Under the pieces are notes generated by a model. It did no database searches. It was not told the DNA's origin and saw only the letters and a program-made list of their open reading frames with translations. DNA of 64,000 nt from positions 340,814,001 to 340,878,000 of the forward strand of contig CM126203.1 in NCBI GenBank assembly GCA_052327205.1, read 5' to 3'. Made by a program: the position numbers and the translations under genes. This stretch comes from Somniosus microcephalus. Its lineage: Eukaryota. Positions 11,851-24,119 of the stretch are shown here, piece by piece; the first letter of the stretch is position 1, and every line of letters begins with the position of its first letter.

Positions 11851-13382
11851 TATACATGCTGTCCTTTGGTGACACAGTCCTCAGATGAGTTCCCCTTCCA
11901 CATGTATGCTGACAGCACCCGGCTCTACTTCTCCACTATCCTTCTCGACCCCTCCACTGCCTCTGTGTTGTCAGACTGCTTGTCTGATATCTGGTCTTAG
12001 ATGAGCCGCCGTTTCCTCCAGTATTGCATTTAGAAGACTGAAGCTTGCTTCCTTCGGTTCCCACCACAAACTCTGTATCCTCGCCACAGATTCCATCCTT
12101 CTTCCTGATCACTATCTTGGGTTGAATCAGACTGTTTGGAACCTTGGTGTCCTATTTGACCCTGAGGTGAGTTTCCAATCCCCATAGCCTCTTATTGTAA
12201 AGGTGGTCTACTTCCACCTCCAAAACATCACGTGTCTCTGCCTTTGGTTCAGCCCGTCTACTGCTGAAACCCTCAGCCGTGCCTGTCCCCTTCAGATGTG
12301 TCTGTTCCAATGCTGTCCTGGCTGGCGCCTCATCCTCCTCGTTCGATAAACTTAAGCTCATCCAAAACTCAGCTGCCATATCCTATATCTCACCAAGTCC
12401 TGCTCACTTATCACTCCATCCTCGCTGACTTACATTGGCTTCCGATCCTCCAATGTCTCAAATTTAAAACTCATCCTTGTTTTGAAATCCCCTCATAGCC
12501 TTGCTTCTCGCTATCTCTCTTACCTCTTGTAGTCCTACAAACCCAGCCACCCACTCACAACACCCCATCCTCTTATTCTGGTCTTTTGTGCGCCTTCACT
12601 CCAATATTTGGCAGCCTTGCCTTCAGCCTAGCAAGCCCTGTACTCTGGAATTCCCTAAACCCCTTCACCTCTCCATCTCCCTCGCCTCCTTTAAGACTCT
12701 CCTCAAAACCCACCTCTTCGCCCAAACCTTCCTAATACCTTCTTGGCCTGACATTCATGGTTTTTCTTACACCTCTGAAGCGCCTCAGGATATTTTTCTG
12801 TTAATGGCACCATATAAATGTAAGTTGTTGTTAGTCAGGTCTTCCATAATACAGTGAAACTCTGATATGAAATCTGCATTTACGCAAGAAAAATCTTAAT
12901 GCATTCTCTCAAATGAGCTTTCATTGTTCTGTGTCTGAAGGAGTTGAAAAACAGCCTCGTGTTATACCAGGCTCCAGGAGCATGTAGCTGTAATTATCTT
13001 TCCACCATGCCCTAAAAAGGCAGACCTGATAAATTATGCTTGCAAGCTAAAATTAATAAGGTGTGGTTTGTGTCAAAGGTGCAACTATAGAAACTCAGCA
13101 CAATAAGATTTATGGGATTAAAGGTGAGTCAGATTTCAGTTGTTTTTGTGTTGGTCTTGCATCATGCTCACTTGCTGAATCTCCACAGCTCTAGGATCAA
13201 TATTGGGGAATGGGAAGGATGCTTCTGCTTGTTCAAAACTGAGTTGGCTTTGGACAAGCCTGCTCCACAATCCTTTGCAAAAGATTAATGTGTTGAGAAT
13301 ACTTTTTAGGATTTCTAATCTGTTTGGATTATTCAGCGTGGATATTTGACTAAAGTCAGCACAGACTTCCTACATACTACTT

Positions 13383-13855
13383 TGTTCTCTGGATACGAGT
13401 GACGCTGGCAGGACTGCATTTATTGCCTTCCCATGTTGCTTTAAGAATGTGGTGATGGGCCTCCTCCTTGAACTGCTGCAGTCATTGTGGTGATGGTGTT
13501 CCCACAATAGTGTTGGGTAGTGAATTCTAGGATACTGATGCCGCGGTGATCAAAGAATAGTAATACACGTAAGTCAGGAACATGGGTGACGAGGAGGAGG
13601 TTATGTTGCCATAATATTGCTTCTTGGTCGAAGTGGCAGTGAATGGAGCTGCTGTTGAAGTAACCTTGCTGCGATCCTGTAGATCTTGTATATTGTAGCC
13701 ACAGTGCCAGGTGATAGAGGGAGTGATTGTGTCGAGTAGCATGGAGGGTGCCATCAAGGAGCATCTACTCGCCAATAACCTGCTCACTGTTGAGTTTGGG
13801 TTCCAGCAGAACCACTCTGCTCCAGACTTCATTGCAGCCTTAATCTAAACATGGA
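13383..13855 (-). mobile_element. Old LINE A 3' end (-, about 13383-13735) abutting an inverted internal RT piece (+, about 13738-13855)
   Basis: The first part matches the reverse complement of about 25610-26010. The second part matches about 24700-24830 directly (HLLANNLLT..FGFQQNHSAPD). Confidence 0.7.
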
Positions 13856-14507
13856 GCAGCTTGACTAGGGGAGCGGCCTGAATCTGCTGGACACTCATCT
13901 AGTGATGTTAACATGTTGGGGAATTTGTATGTGCTTATTTCTCTTGGTCCTTTTTAAGACCATTATGCTATCATGTTTATTAATTAAGGCTATATTTGGA
14001 TACATGCAATTGGAAAAAGACACTGTGCCAAGTCAGTGTGTCACGTGGTCTCTGTCACGTTGCAATTTTACGCTACAACATTGATCCTCTGAATTCACTA
14101 TGTTTAGCAATGCAGCCACGTTTGTGCCCTGTGGCAGAAACAAAGCCCATCAAAATTGAGTTTACTTTGCTGTTGGGCCTGAGGAGAGATTGCATTTGAT
14201 CTTTTTTATTCTATTTCTCTCCCTCACACCCCCAACCCCACCTTCATCCTTCGGTTTGTACTGAGGCCAAGCCTGCACCATTTATATTCCCATAAATAAA
14301 TTGTTCAGCTGGTATTTCTACAATTTTCGTGCCATTGACTTGCTGTCTTTTTATTTAGAAAAAGCTTTGTTTGTCCCAACATTAACATCCATTTAGACAT
14401 TACATCTATTATATTCTAAAAACAGTTTATCCAGTGCTGTTACACTGTCACACTCCCAGAGGGAAAAAGCAGACAAACTCTCTAACACAGCCAGAATGTC
14501 TACAACT

Positions 14508-14640
14508 ACAGCAACTTGCAGTTATATAGCACCTTTAACATAGAAAAATGTCCCCAGGCGGCCGCCAAGCCAAAGGAGGCGATATTAGGAGGGGTGACCA
14601 ACAGTTTTGTCAGAGGAGGGTTTTAAGGACGGTCTTAGAG
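14508..14640 (-). mobile_element. L2 3' tail fragment
   Basis: caacttgcagttatatagcacctttaac...ggttttaaggacggtctta. Confidence 0.65.
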
Positions 14641-17527
14641 CAGCGGAACCTGGTGTTTACTTCACAGCATTAGACATTGTAGCCTTAAAGGAACGCACCT
14701 GCTCTTTAGCAGAATAGCAATGTGTTGTATTTTGCTTAGTACAGTGTTCCTGCCCTTATAAAACAGCACATCCTCAGACTTGCTGTGAGCAGTGCCATGA
14801 GTGATTTGCTAGTAATTTTATAAAAGCAGTAAGATTAGTGACATTTCCTATCCATTATGTTTCCTTTGTTTGTCATACCATATCACACAAAAAAAAATGA
14901 AGAAACGCCGCTTCACCTTAGCAGCAGAATAATATCTTTTGTTTTACAGGTATAACATAATCCTCATGACTTATTGAGCAACAGTAGAGCTGCTATTTAT
15001 AGATGTGTGGTATATCCATCAGAGGTGCAAAATCTATTACCAACATCAAATGGATTTTGGGGGACTTTTTTTAAACCCTACCAGTGTAGATAAGCTGGTA
15101 TCAAAGTCCACCACCATGCAACTAGAGGTACCTCGTGGGGCCAGGAACACAACTACAGTATGTGTATGCAGCTGTGTACACCCCAGTTTTTAAAAAACCT
15201 ATTAATTATAAAATACATATAATTAATCTGATCAGTTTGCACACATCTTTGCTTAGTTATCATTCATAATATATTAGCTTCATAAATTTAACTTGGAGGA
15301 GCCCTCGCAGCCATTCCTCTCCCTGTTCAAAGTCCTGTAAACGTGTCAGCTTGCTGTACTGATCGTCTTTAAATAGGGAAATTTGACTGAGAAAAAAAGA
15401 ACTACCATTTTTAGCCATTTGCAAGCAAACTTGATCTGATCGGAATGAGAAGGGACTAGCCAAATATGAAGGGATTTCATTGCAGCCAAACTAAGGGAAA
15501 CTCAAGTTATTCTGTTGGCGGCCGCAGAGTATGATTTTTGTTTTGTAAAGTGAGAAACTGGTCTGCAGAGTTCGAAGGATTAGTTTTCAGGTGGAAAAGG
15601 AGGTTGGTGCGGAGCACATTCTGCAGTGTCATTTCTACGTGGTCACTTGCTGTAGGTTTGCAATGAGAAGTGGTAATTCAAGTGTGAACTGGATGGAAGT
15701 TTGGAAACCTGGTGTCGGGGTTTTGACAGCCACACCGAGACTCTGCCACACAAGCACCCTCTTCACAAAAGTGGACAGATGACATTTTGTTGCCTTGCGG
15801 AAATTGAAGGTAGTCAGTGAAGATGGAGCATTAGTGAAATGTTTGCTTTCTTTTCATAAAATTAACGGCAGTGCTCAGCAGCAGGTAGCCATATGAATGT
15901 GGAGATGGAGACAAAACTCTGTTTACTTTCAAAATATTTTCTTAATTTTGGAATTTATCCAAAGCATTTTTGACAGGGCTTCATTGATTTGATGGTGTGA
16001 AACTGGACTTGGCCAAAGTCATTAAAATTCTAAGATGTTGAATTTGGGCAGAGGAAATGCTCGTTTGCTTGTTCAGTGGAATAAGTGGTGAGATTGAAGA
16101 GTTGAATCAACTGAGAAACCTTTCACCCCATCATTTTGATTGATAAAGAAAACGGTTCCTTGTATAAGCAGAGAGCAGCTTTAGAAATTGCAATATAAAA
16201 TAGTTTTTATTGAAGTTCCCTGGCCTACAACTTGCTTTACAAGGACTTCTAGTAGACCTTTTAGATTTTGCCAAATTTCCATTCTCTACCGATTTTCAGT
16301 CATTTTTGAGTAGGGGACCAAATGCTGGTCTTACCAGCGACGCCCACATCCCATGAACAAATAAAAAAAAAAGTAAAGGTTGCTGTTTCTTCCTTGTGTG
16401 ACAAACGCTCCCTCTTTTATAAATTATTTTCTTCCACACTTCACATCATCCAAAATTGACGAGGTTGGACTCCTCCACTGCTGCCCTGAAGCTGGCAGCT
16501 AGAATTTTTAGGTATAGGAAAGGATCATTGGGCCTAAAAGCCTATCTCCACCTACCTATCCCTCCATGTGTTTTCATTCAACAAGCTCATCCAGTTGTCT
16601 ATTGAATTCACTTGTATTGTCTGCTTCAGTAATAAGGTACACAAGAATGGCCTGCCAAATGACGCTCCACATTTTACCCTCTGTGCTGGAGAGTGTTTGC
16701 CCTCTGCTTGCTCCTACCGTGTAGTGGTATGGCTGAGAGTGTGAACTGGGTCTTGTTGAGCATTTTGGTGCTGAAATGGGCTGTGCCACATAAAATTAAG
16801 CTTCTTAACAAACTGGTCTAGCTTTTAAAGTTTTATTCCAATGTATCGTTTTCTGAAGTGAATTTGGCATTAGTTAATTTGGTATCTTGCTCAAACTATA
16901 CTGTAAAGATAAGATAACTAGTGTGTTTCCCTCCTTATCCTTTTCCAGCAGAGTAAAACCGTGTACTGCGATCTTGAAGGTGACTGGTATTCCTCAACAT
17001 TATGAAGTTTATCAAACCTTTCCAACACTGCATGCCTGGACAGGAATATGGAGACTTGGTTTCCATTTGTTTCCCATGTTTTCCTCCAGTCTAATTGGCT
17101 CTGCTATAACTTTTTAATAATCAAGCCCATCAGTTGAGAAGGAGCATTGAGTTCGTACTCTGCACAAAAAGTGGCAGCTTCAACTTTGAAATTGTATCTC
17201 CTTTATAGTAAACACAGAAACCTGTGTTCGAAGCATTTTATCGGTGCTGGAAATGTCAAAATTAGGCCAAGATAAACTGGTGAGGTGACCATAGGTCTGC
17301 TGTGAGCTTTCAGTATAACGTTAAAACTCTTGTGTGAAGTTTGTGGAAAGCTCATGCAGAGATTGGCTGCTTTTTGCTGGTAGGTTGATTTTAAGAGTTC
17401 TGCCTTTTTAAGAGTAGAATTGGTATGAAGCTAAATGTTTTTCTGTCCAGGAGATATTATAGCTGGCTATGTATTTTTGCCTAAACAGCTGGTCTTTCTG
17501 AAGTTTAGGGTGATTTGTATGGCTTTT

Positions 17528-17579
17528 AGGGCTAGATTTTCTGCCTGTCAGCTGTGAAATGGGAAGAAAATCTAGCCCT
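17528..17579. repeat. Perfect 15-bp inverted repeat with 22-nt spacer (micro-MITE-like hairpin)
   Basis: AGGGCTAGATTTTCT at 17528-17542 and AGAAAATCTAGCCCT at 17565-17579. Confidence 0.8.
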
Positions 17580-18636
17580 TCATGTCCTAACTCTTAAAGT
17601 AGCAATCTGTCATAAGCAATGTTTTTGAGCAGATGAGGCTAGGTAGCGAAAAAGAAAGTGACCGTTATGCAAATAGAGCTGAACAGTGCTTTGTGCAATA
17701 CATCTGCTTCAAGTTTGTGTTACACAGTGGAGTTTAAGCAGTAGCTCTGTCGGCATTGAGGAGACTGGCAGGAAATCAAATGTTTAATTACTTACTATTC
17801 AAAAGCCTGCTCAGCTAGTGGGCATTTCTTTTTTTAAATTTTTTTTAAGTGTGGTAAAGTAGAAAAGATTTTATCGATGTGACAAAATGGGTCAATTTGA
17901 GCAGTGTCTGATGGCCCAGCATTAACTGGTAGATGCTTCCTGAGCTTGAGGAAGATTCTTGTATAGTTAGATTTTCACTTTCTCATGAAAGTAAGGAGGA
18001 CATTTGCTACGGTGCTGTGAATACTAACCGTAAATGTTGCAAATGCTTAGTGAAATTTTAAATAGATTTCATAACTGCTCGTGCCCAGAACTATCCAAAG
18101 GTCTTTCCCCACATTTGGAAAGAAATGAATTAAGTCTCAAAGTAAAAACCTACTTCCAGATTTTCATTACATTTGTTAAGCAGTTCCCTCTCGGTTCCTG
18201 TCCAAAATGGATACAAGAACCATGAGCTCAGCAGATTGTGCATTGAAGCATTTTGCACTTGTCACTGCCATAGCTAAATATTGGATTCTTCAAAATTCAC
18301 AGTTCTCTTGTCTTCAGATCCTCAGTTCCTTCTCTTTTACTCTATATAAAGTGGTGCCAGGGGAGGAGTAGAGCTCTGATGGGGACCTTTGACCTGTGTG
18401 TGCCATATTCCCCGATTGTTTTTCCTGCTGCCATTCCTAATGCAGCCTAGAAATCTGTGAATCTCATTGCTAAAAGGCTGGAATCTGGCTCTGTGGTTTT
18501 AATTTAACTGGAGACTTGACAGCTCACAAGATTCCTGGACACCTGGGTCTCTGGAGGGGCAGGTCATTAGAGTGTTGTCAATTATGGAATTACTGCACAT
18601 CTGCAGTCAACAGCACTCCGTTAATGTAAAGCCATC

Positions 18637-18704
18637 TTCTGTTAAGTGGGAACCTGTCTCTGTGTGCGTTCTGTTAAGCGGGAACCTGTCTGTGTGTGCG
18701 TTCT
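18637..18704 (+). repeat. 32-bp tandem duplication
   Basis: ttctgttaagYgggaacctgtctStgtgtgcg twice (2 mismatches), followed by ttct. Confidence 0.9.
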
Positions 18705-18786
18705 TGTGCCCAAGGACATCGACTGGTGACCTAACTGGTTGGATTTAACTAAATTTTAACCAAACTTTTGGATATATTTGTATATA

Positions 18787-19037
18787 CAGTAAATCCCTCC
18801 CCAACCGCGGGGGATAGGTCCCTGAAAACCCCCATGGTTAGTAAAACCGCAGTTGGCAAATACAGTATAAATGTGTATAAACACAATAATAAAAAAGAAT
18901 ATAAAAAGCATAAAAATCATGTTATTTACCTTCTTAAATTTAAAACTGCGTATACGCAAAATTCACTGCTGCGGTTGGTAAAAATTGTCAGAGAGGAAAC
19001 TGTGTATGTGAAAACCGCGGTTGGGGCGGGATTCCTG
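18787..19037. mobile_element. Tigger/pogo-type (Tc1-mariner) MITE, MER2-like
   Basis: Left TIR CAGTAAATCCCTCCCCAACCGCGG; reverse complement of right end CAGGAATCCCGCCCCAACCGCGG. TA on both sides. AT-rich interior. Confidence 0.85.
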
Positions 19038-19658
19038 TACTTGATTTCCAAGGGGATGGTGGTTTGGGGGTGGGGGGGAGGGATGGAGTGGTGTTTGAGT
19101 TTCCCACCTTTCTAGTTTGGTGAATGTGATCAGTGAGTTGCTTTAGTTTTTTTCCCCTAGTAGTTCCATCATCTCAAAGGAGTCCTATGTACTAAGCTTC
19201 TGTTTGAAATTTACTTTTTTGAATTCTGATTTGTAACAATGAGAAAGTAGCTGAAGATTCCTAATCCCTCCATTGAAATTAAATTCATTTGCCCCGAGAG
19301 TGAGCAATTTTGGTTAAGGCCGATTAGCCCACTCGGTAGCGAGGCCGAAAGAACTGGCTGAATCCCATGAGGTAAATGTCCTTTCATGCATAAAGGAAGT
19401 TGGGAGGGGGGTGCATGGGGAGAAAAAAGTGAGGAGATGGCGAGACTAAACACATCCACTGTTGCAACTTGTGCAGAACATTCCATCTTTAAAAAAAAAT
19501 CCACCTCTTCCCCTGCCTCTTCATCCCCTACCACCACCCAGAGGTAAAACTAAAATTTGAAAAGAACTACAGAGCATAGGATTTTGGAAGTTGTATTATG
19601 TAGGAGAATCTGCAGGTTATTTTATGTTGTGGTGTACTTTATATATAAAAAAAAAATA

Positions 19659-19981
19659 CAGGAAACTTTGTGCTATCCGGCACCGACGGGACCAAGCTAT
19701 TGCCGTTCCCTCAAAACTGCCGGACACTCCAGCGCTAATGTTGAAAGATACGGAAGCTTTTGAGCTCCGTATCTGTCAACAAACCCTGTTGCTTAGCAAC
19801 GGCTTCTAAACAGTCCAAGCGTCTCTGTAGCTTAGCAACAGCTTCAGCAGACCTCGCAGAGCTTGACTGTTGAGGAAAAAAGCAACGAGAAGAAAAAAAA
19901 CCTAATGAAAACAGCTCCTGATTTTTGCCGGTGGCTCGAGCGTTCCGGACAGTTAGCCTCTGGATAACACAAAGTTTCCTG
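19659..19981 (+). mobile_element. TA-targeting Tc1-mariner-type MITE family M1, copy 1
   Basis: TIRs CAGGAAACTTTGTGCTATCCGG and CTGGATAACACAAAGTTTCCTG, TA flanks. Homologous to 38261-38594 and 42081-42411. Confidence 0.9.
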
Positions 19982-21159
19982 TACTGTATTTGGGCATCAG
20001 TTAAGAGTTGAAATGCTGAAGGTTTGCTTTTGACACTGCTGACTGATTTACTTGGCACTTGTCCTGCTTTGAACATCTTGTTGAGTCAAAGGCTGTCACT
20101 CCCACTCCTCCACCAGTACATATCCTCCATAGATTTTCTATTTCATTGATTCTACCAGATAAATCGATTTTTAAATTTTCTGTGAATTGAAGTTTTTAAT
20201 CAGCTAGCAGTTGTCCTGTTGGACTATGTGCTTGCATGCTGTCATAAAAATCCTATTAACTGTGTGTAAATAAGCCCTACTGAGCTCTGAGCTTTACAGA
20301 AAGCTGTTCTGCATATGTCCCCAGAACTCCAGGATCTAATGCAATTGGCAGCACTGCATCTCCAGCAGTATTGCCCAAGGATGTTTGTTTAATCGTGACA
20401 CAAATATCTGTGCAAGAGGAAATCACTAAACAATGCTTTCTGTTCTGGCATGCTTCTCCAAAAAAAAACCTGTTATTATAAATGTACTAGGAATATTGCA
20501 ATAAACAATATAACTGGTCTGCAAGCTTCCTATCAATTGGATTCTGCGTGGTTTATAATCGGAGCAAGCTGTAATCATGCAAAAATGTGTCGAAGGTTAA
20601 TTTTGTGAACACAACGCCATATCCATGTTTCTCATGACTTAACTTTTTAAAAAACCCACTAGATACCAGTTTTAAGTTTAAATTTTTTTAATGTTCTTTT
20701 GGGTAAGCAAGTCTTTTGTATAAACGGTATTATTGCTAACAAAATCAGCAGAATTGGTAACCTTCCGGGAATATGGGAGGAACAATTTTTTTTATAGTTA
20801 ACTTTTGATTTTTAAATGCTGGCTGTGCTATTCTAACCAGGACAGATAAATCTTTGCAAGTTGGTCCTTACTGAAGTGGCCACATTCGCATCTTCTATCA
20901 TCACCTCTGTGATATGGACAGCTATTCAGACTGAGCTCCGATCTGGGATTCTTTGAGTGTTGTACAGTATTCAACTGTTCAAAAAAAAAACGACAGTCTT
21001 CAAAAGATTACTAGAGCTTAGCCTTGGGACAAACCTGAAACTGTAGGGATAATTCCTGGCCCGAGTCTCCATTTTGTTGCACAGCCATTATCCCCACTGA
21101 CTCTTGCACCATCTTTGCTTCTTTGGTGTTGAATTTTTTTTCTCTTTGGTTGATTTCAG

Positions 21160-21214
21160 CGCTCATCTGAGAAACTGAATGAAAGTGGCAGTTTGTTTCC
21201 GTACGAAATCGATG
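21160..21214 (+). CDS. FAM53A: FAM53A small internal coding exon (RSSEKLNESGSLFPYEID+G), 55 nt
   Basis: Long pyrimidine tract ending tgatttcAG at 21159 and donor G|GTAAGT at 21214/21215. Peptide resembles human YSAETLNKSGRLFPLELND. Phase 0 in and phase 1 out fit both flanking exons. Not in the ORF track. Confidence 0.9.
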
Positions 21215-21349
21215 GTAAGTTTCTTTTGCTCTTTTTTTTTTCTCCAGGCAGACTCTTCAGAATCAGAATAGCGACACACATTTCTGCTAACTTTTTTTTA
21301 GAAACTGGCGATTCTTTACAATGAAAAGAGCTAGAACGCAATGAGTTGG

Positions 21350-23690
21350 ATAGGAACAGGAGTAGGCCATTAAGCTCCTCGAGCCTGTTCTGCCATTCAT
21401 TTCGATCATGATTGATACGTACCTCATTTTACCTGCCTTTATCCCATATCTCTTGATACCCTTACCTAACACAAAACCATCAATGACAACGACTTGCATT
21501 TTTATAGTAGCTTTAACATAGTAAAGCGTCAAAACACTTCACAGGAACATAATCAGACAGAAATTGACGCTGAACAAGAAAATCTATTTGGACAGGAAAG
21601 AGGTAGGTTTTAAGGAGCATCTTAAAAGGTGGAGAGGGGTGAAGAGGCCGGGAGGGTTAGGGAGGGAATTCCACGGTTCATGGCCGCCAATGGTGTGGCG
21701 AATTTAAACAATCTATCCTCATAATTTAGTTCTTTAAGCCCTGGTATCATTCTGATGAATGTTTTACCCCCTCCAAAGCCGATATATCTTTGCAGAACTC
21801 CAGGTGTGGTCTGACCAAGGCTTGAGCTCAACTGTGCAGAGCATCACTTCCTCACTTTTGTATTTCAACCCTTTTGAGATGAAGGCCAACATCCCATTAG
21901 CCTTTTTAATTATTTATTTTCTCTGTACTAGCTTTTAGTGATTTGTGTACATAGACACCTAAGACCCTTTTCTCCTCCATAGCTACTAGTCTCAACATTA
22001 GGAAAATGTTCTGATTTGTCTTTCTCCGATTCAAAGGATGACCTCACATTTCCCCACATTGAATTCCATATGCCATAGTTTTGCCCACTCACTCATAGTT
22101 TATGTCCCTTTGCAACTTCCTTCTCCCATCTACACAACTTAGTGCCTCCAAACTTGGATATACAACTCTAAACAAAATTAGGGCTCATGGGATTGGGGGT
22201 AATATACTAGCATGGATTGAGGATTGGCTAATGGACAGAAAACAGAGAGTAGGAATAAACGGGTCATTTTTGGGTTGGCAGGTGTGGCACCGCAAGGATC
22301 AGTGCTGGGGCCTCGGCTATTCACAATCTACATCAATGATTTGGATGAGGGGACCAAATGTAATATATCCAAGTTTGCAGATGATACAAAGCAAGGTGGG
22401 AATGTAAGTTGAGAAGGAGGCAAAGAGGCTTTAAGGGGATATAGACAGGCTAAGTGAGTGGACAAGAACATGGCAAATGGAATATAATGTGGAGAAATGC
22501 AAAGTTATCCACTTTGGTAGGAAAAATAGAAAAGCAGAGTATTTTTAAATGGTGAGAGATTGGGAAATGTTGGTGTTCAGAGGGACCTGGGTATCTTTGT
22601 ACACTATTCACTGAAAGTTAACATGCAGGTACAGCAAGCGATTGGGAAATCAAATGGTATGTTGGCCTTTATTACAAGAGGATTTGAGTGTAAGAGTAAA
22701 GACGTCTTAATGCAGTTATATAGGGCCCTGGTGAGACCACACCTGGAGTATTGTGTATAGTTTTGATCTTACCTAAGGATGGATATACTTGCCATAGAGG
22801 GAGTGCAACGAAGATTCACCAGACTGGTTCCTGGATGGGGGGATTGTCCTATCAGGAGAGATTGAGTAGACTAGGCCTATATTCTCTAGAGATTAGAAGA
22901 ATGTGAGGTGATCTCATTGAAACATACAACATTCTTACAGGGCTTGACACGGTTAGATGTTTCCCCTGGCTGGGGAGTCTAGAACTAGGTGTCACAGTCT
23001 CAGAATAAGGGGTCGGCCATTTAGGACTGTGATGAGGAATTTCTTCACTCCGGGTTGTAAATCTTTGGAATTCGCTACCCCAGAGGACTGTGGAGGTTCA
23101 GCCGTTGAGTATATTCAAGACAGAGATCGATAGATTTTTGGATATTAAGGGAATCAAGGGATATGGGGATAGTGCAGGAAAGTGGAGTTGAGGTAGAAGA
23201 TGATCATATTGAATGGCAGAGCAGGCTCGTGGGGCCAAATGGCCTACTCCTCCTATTTCTTATGTTCTTATTCCTTTAGCCAAGTCATTAATATATATGG
23301 TGAAAAGCTGAAGGCCCCTGTACAGAGATCCCTGGAGAACAAACACAATTTTTCACATCCCACCATTCAGAGAACAAATCCTTTTATCCCTAGTCTCTGT
23401 CTCCTACCTCCCAATTAATTACCGACTCGCGTCACGAGGTTGCCTCTATTTCTCTTTTTTGCTAATAACCTCTTCTGCAGAATCTTATGAACTGCCTTCT
23501 GGAGGCCCATATAGACTATATCCAGATGCTCTGCTATCCACCATGCCAGTGACCTCTTCCCCAAAAAAAAAAAAAAAAAAAAAATTAATCTGATGAGTCA
23601 GGCATGACCTACCCTTTACAAATCTATGCTGTCTCTCTTTGGTGAGCTGGTAAATGTGCAAGTGCTCAGTCACTCTGTCCCTGATGATCG
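21350..23690 (-). mobile_element. Old CR1 LINE hosting an L2 tail (about 21486-21700) and a younger CR1 (+)
   Basis: 3' UTR at about 21350-21482. RT pieces at about 21710-22140 and 23272-23690 (QHRFVKGRSCLT). Confidence 0.75.
22165..23270 (+). mobile_element. CR1 (HER1-like) LINE, 5'-truncated, frameshifted RT
   Basis: [29 protein letters not shown] and [14 protein letters not shown]. Tail gggccaaatggcctactcc...ttcttatgttctta. Confidence 0.92.
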
Positions 23691-24119
23691 AACATCAAGA
23701 GGTGCTCGCCATTGGAAAGCAAACTCTGGTATACTTGTTCATTTACTATGTTCTAGTTTGTAACTGAAGAAGAAAGGACCTTTCAAGGGCCATGATATTT
23801 TATAATAAATAATACACATTTTGGGGCTCAATCAGGAATATATAATGCAGACTGACCTTGGTGGAATCTGATATTTTCAGCAAACACTATTTTGCAGGAC
23901 TGACGATATTTTCATAAATACAATACAGGGTTTTAACCATATTGGTATTTGAAACTCTTCATTAAATTGCTGTTTTGTTGCAACTAAATTCTGAATTCAT
24001 GTTTAATATTGAAACCAGAATATTTACTGTATAATGACTAAGTTCTGCATTGCATGACCTTTCCTTCTGGGTGGATTTCCTGTTCAAAATCATGATATAA
24101 TTAGGCTGAGTAATATATT

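Larger units (their letters stand above)
10305..12832 (+). mobile_element. L2 LINE, decayed RT plus 3' end, interrupted by two insertions
   Basis: Degenerate RT motifs QSGFCPCHSTE, SAAFDMVD|HTILL, GVPQG, HMYAD, then KLIQNSAA, LADLHWLPI and SFKTLLKTHLF. Tail ataaatgtaagttgttgtt. Confidence 0.85.

Noticed and set aside
11079-11876. Solo LTR with TGTG...CACA ends and ATCCT/GTCCT 5-bp TSD
   Set aside because: The apparent right end (tacatgctgtcctttggtgacaca) reads as resumed L2 coding sequence (YMLxxGD), so the CA end and TSD are probably coincidental.
14757-14780. TATAAAA plus initiator as an internal promoter
   Set aside because: Spacing to the Inr-like TCAGA is only about 19 nt, and such motifs are common in AT-rich introns.
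18637-18704. CRISPR-like 32-bp repeats
   Set aside because: Two adjacent copies with no spacers in a vertebrate intron; a simple slippage duplication.
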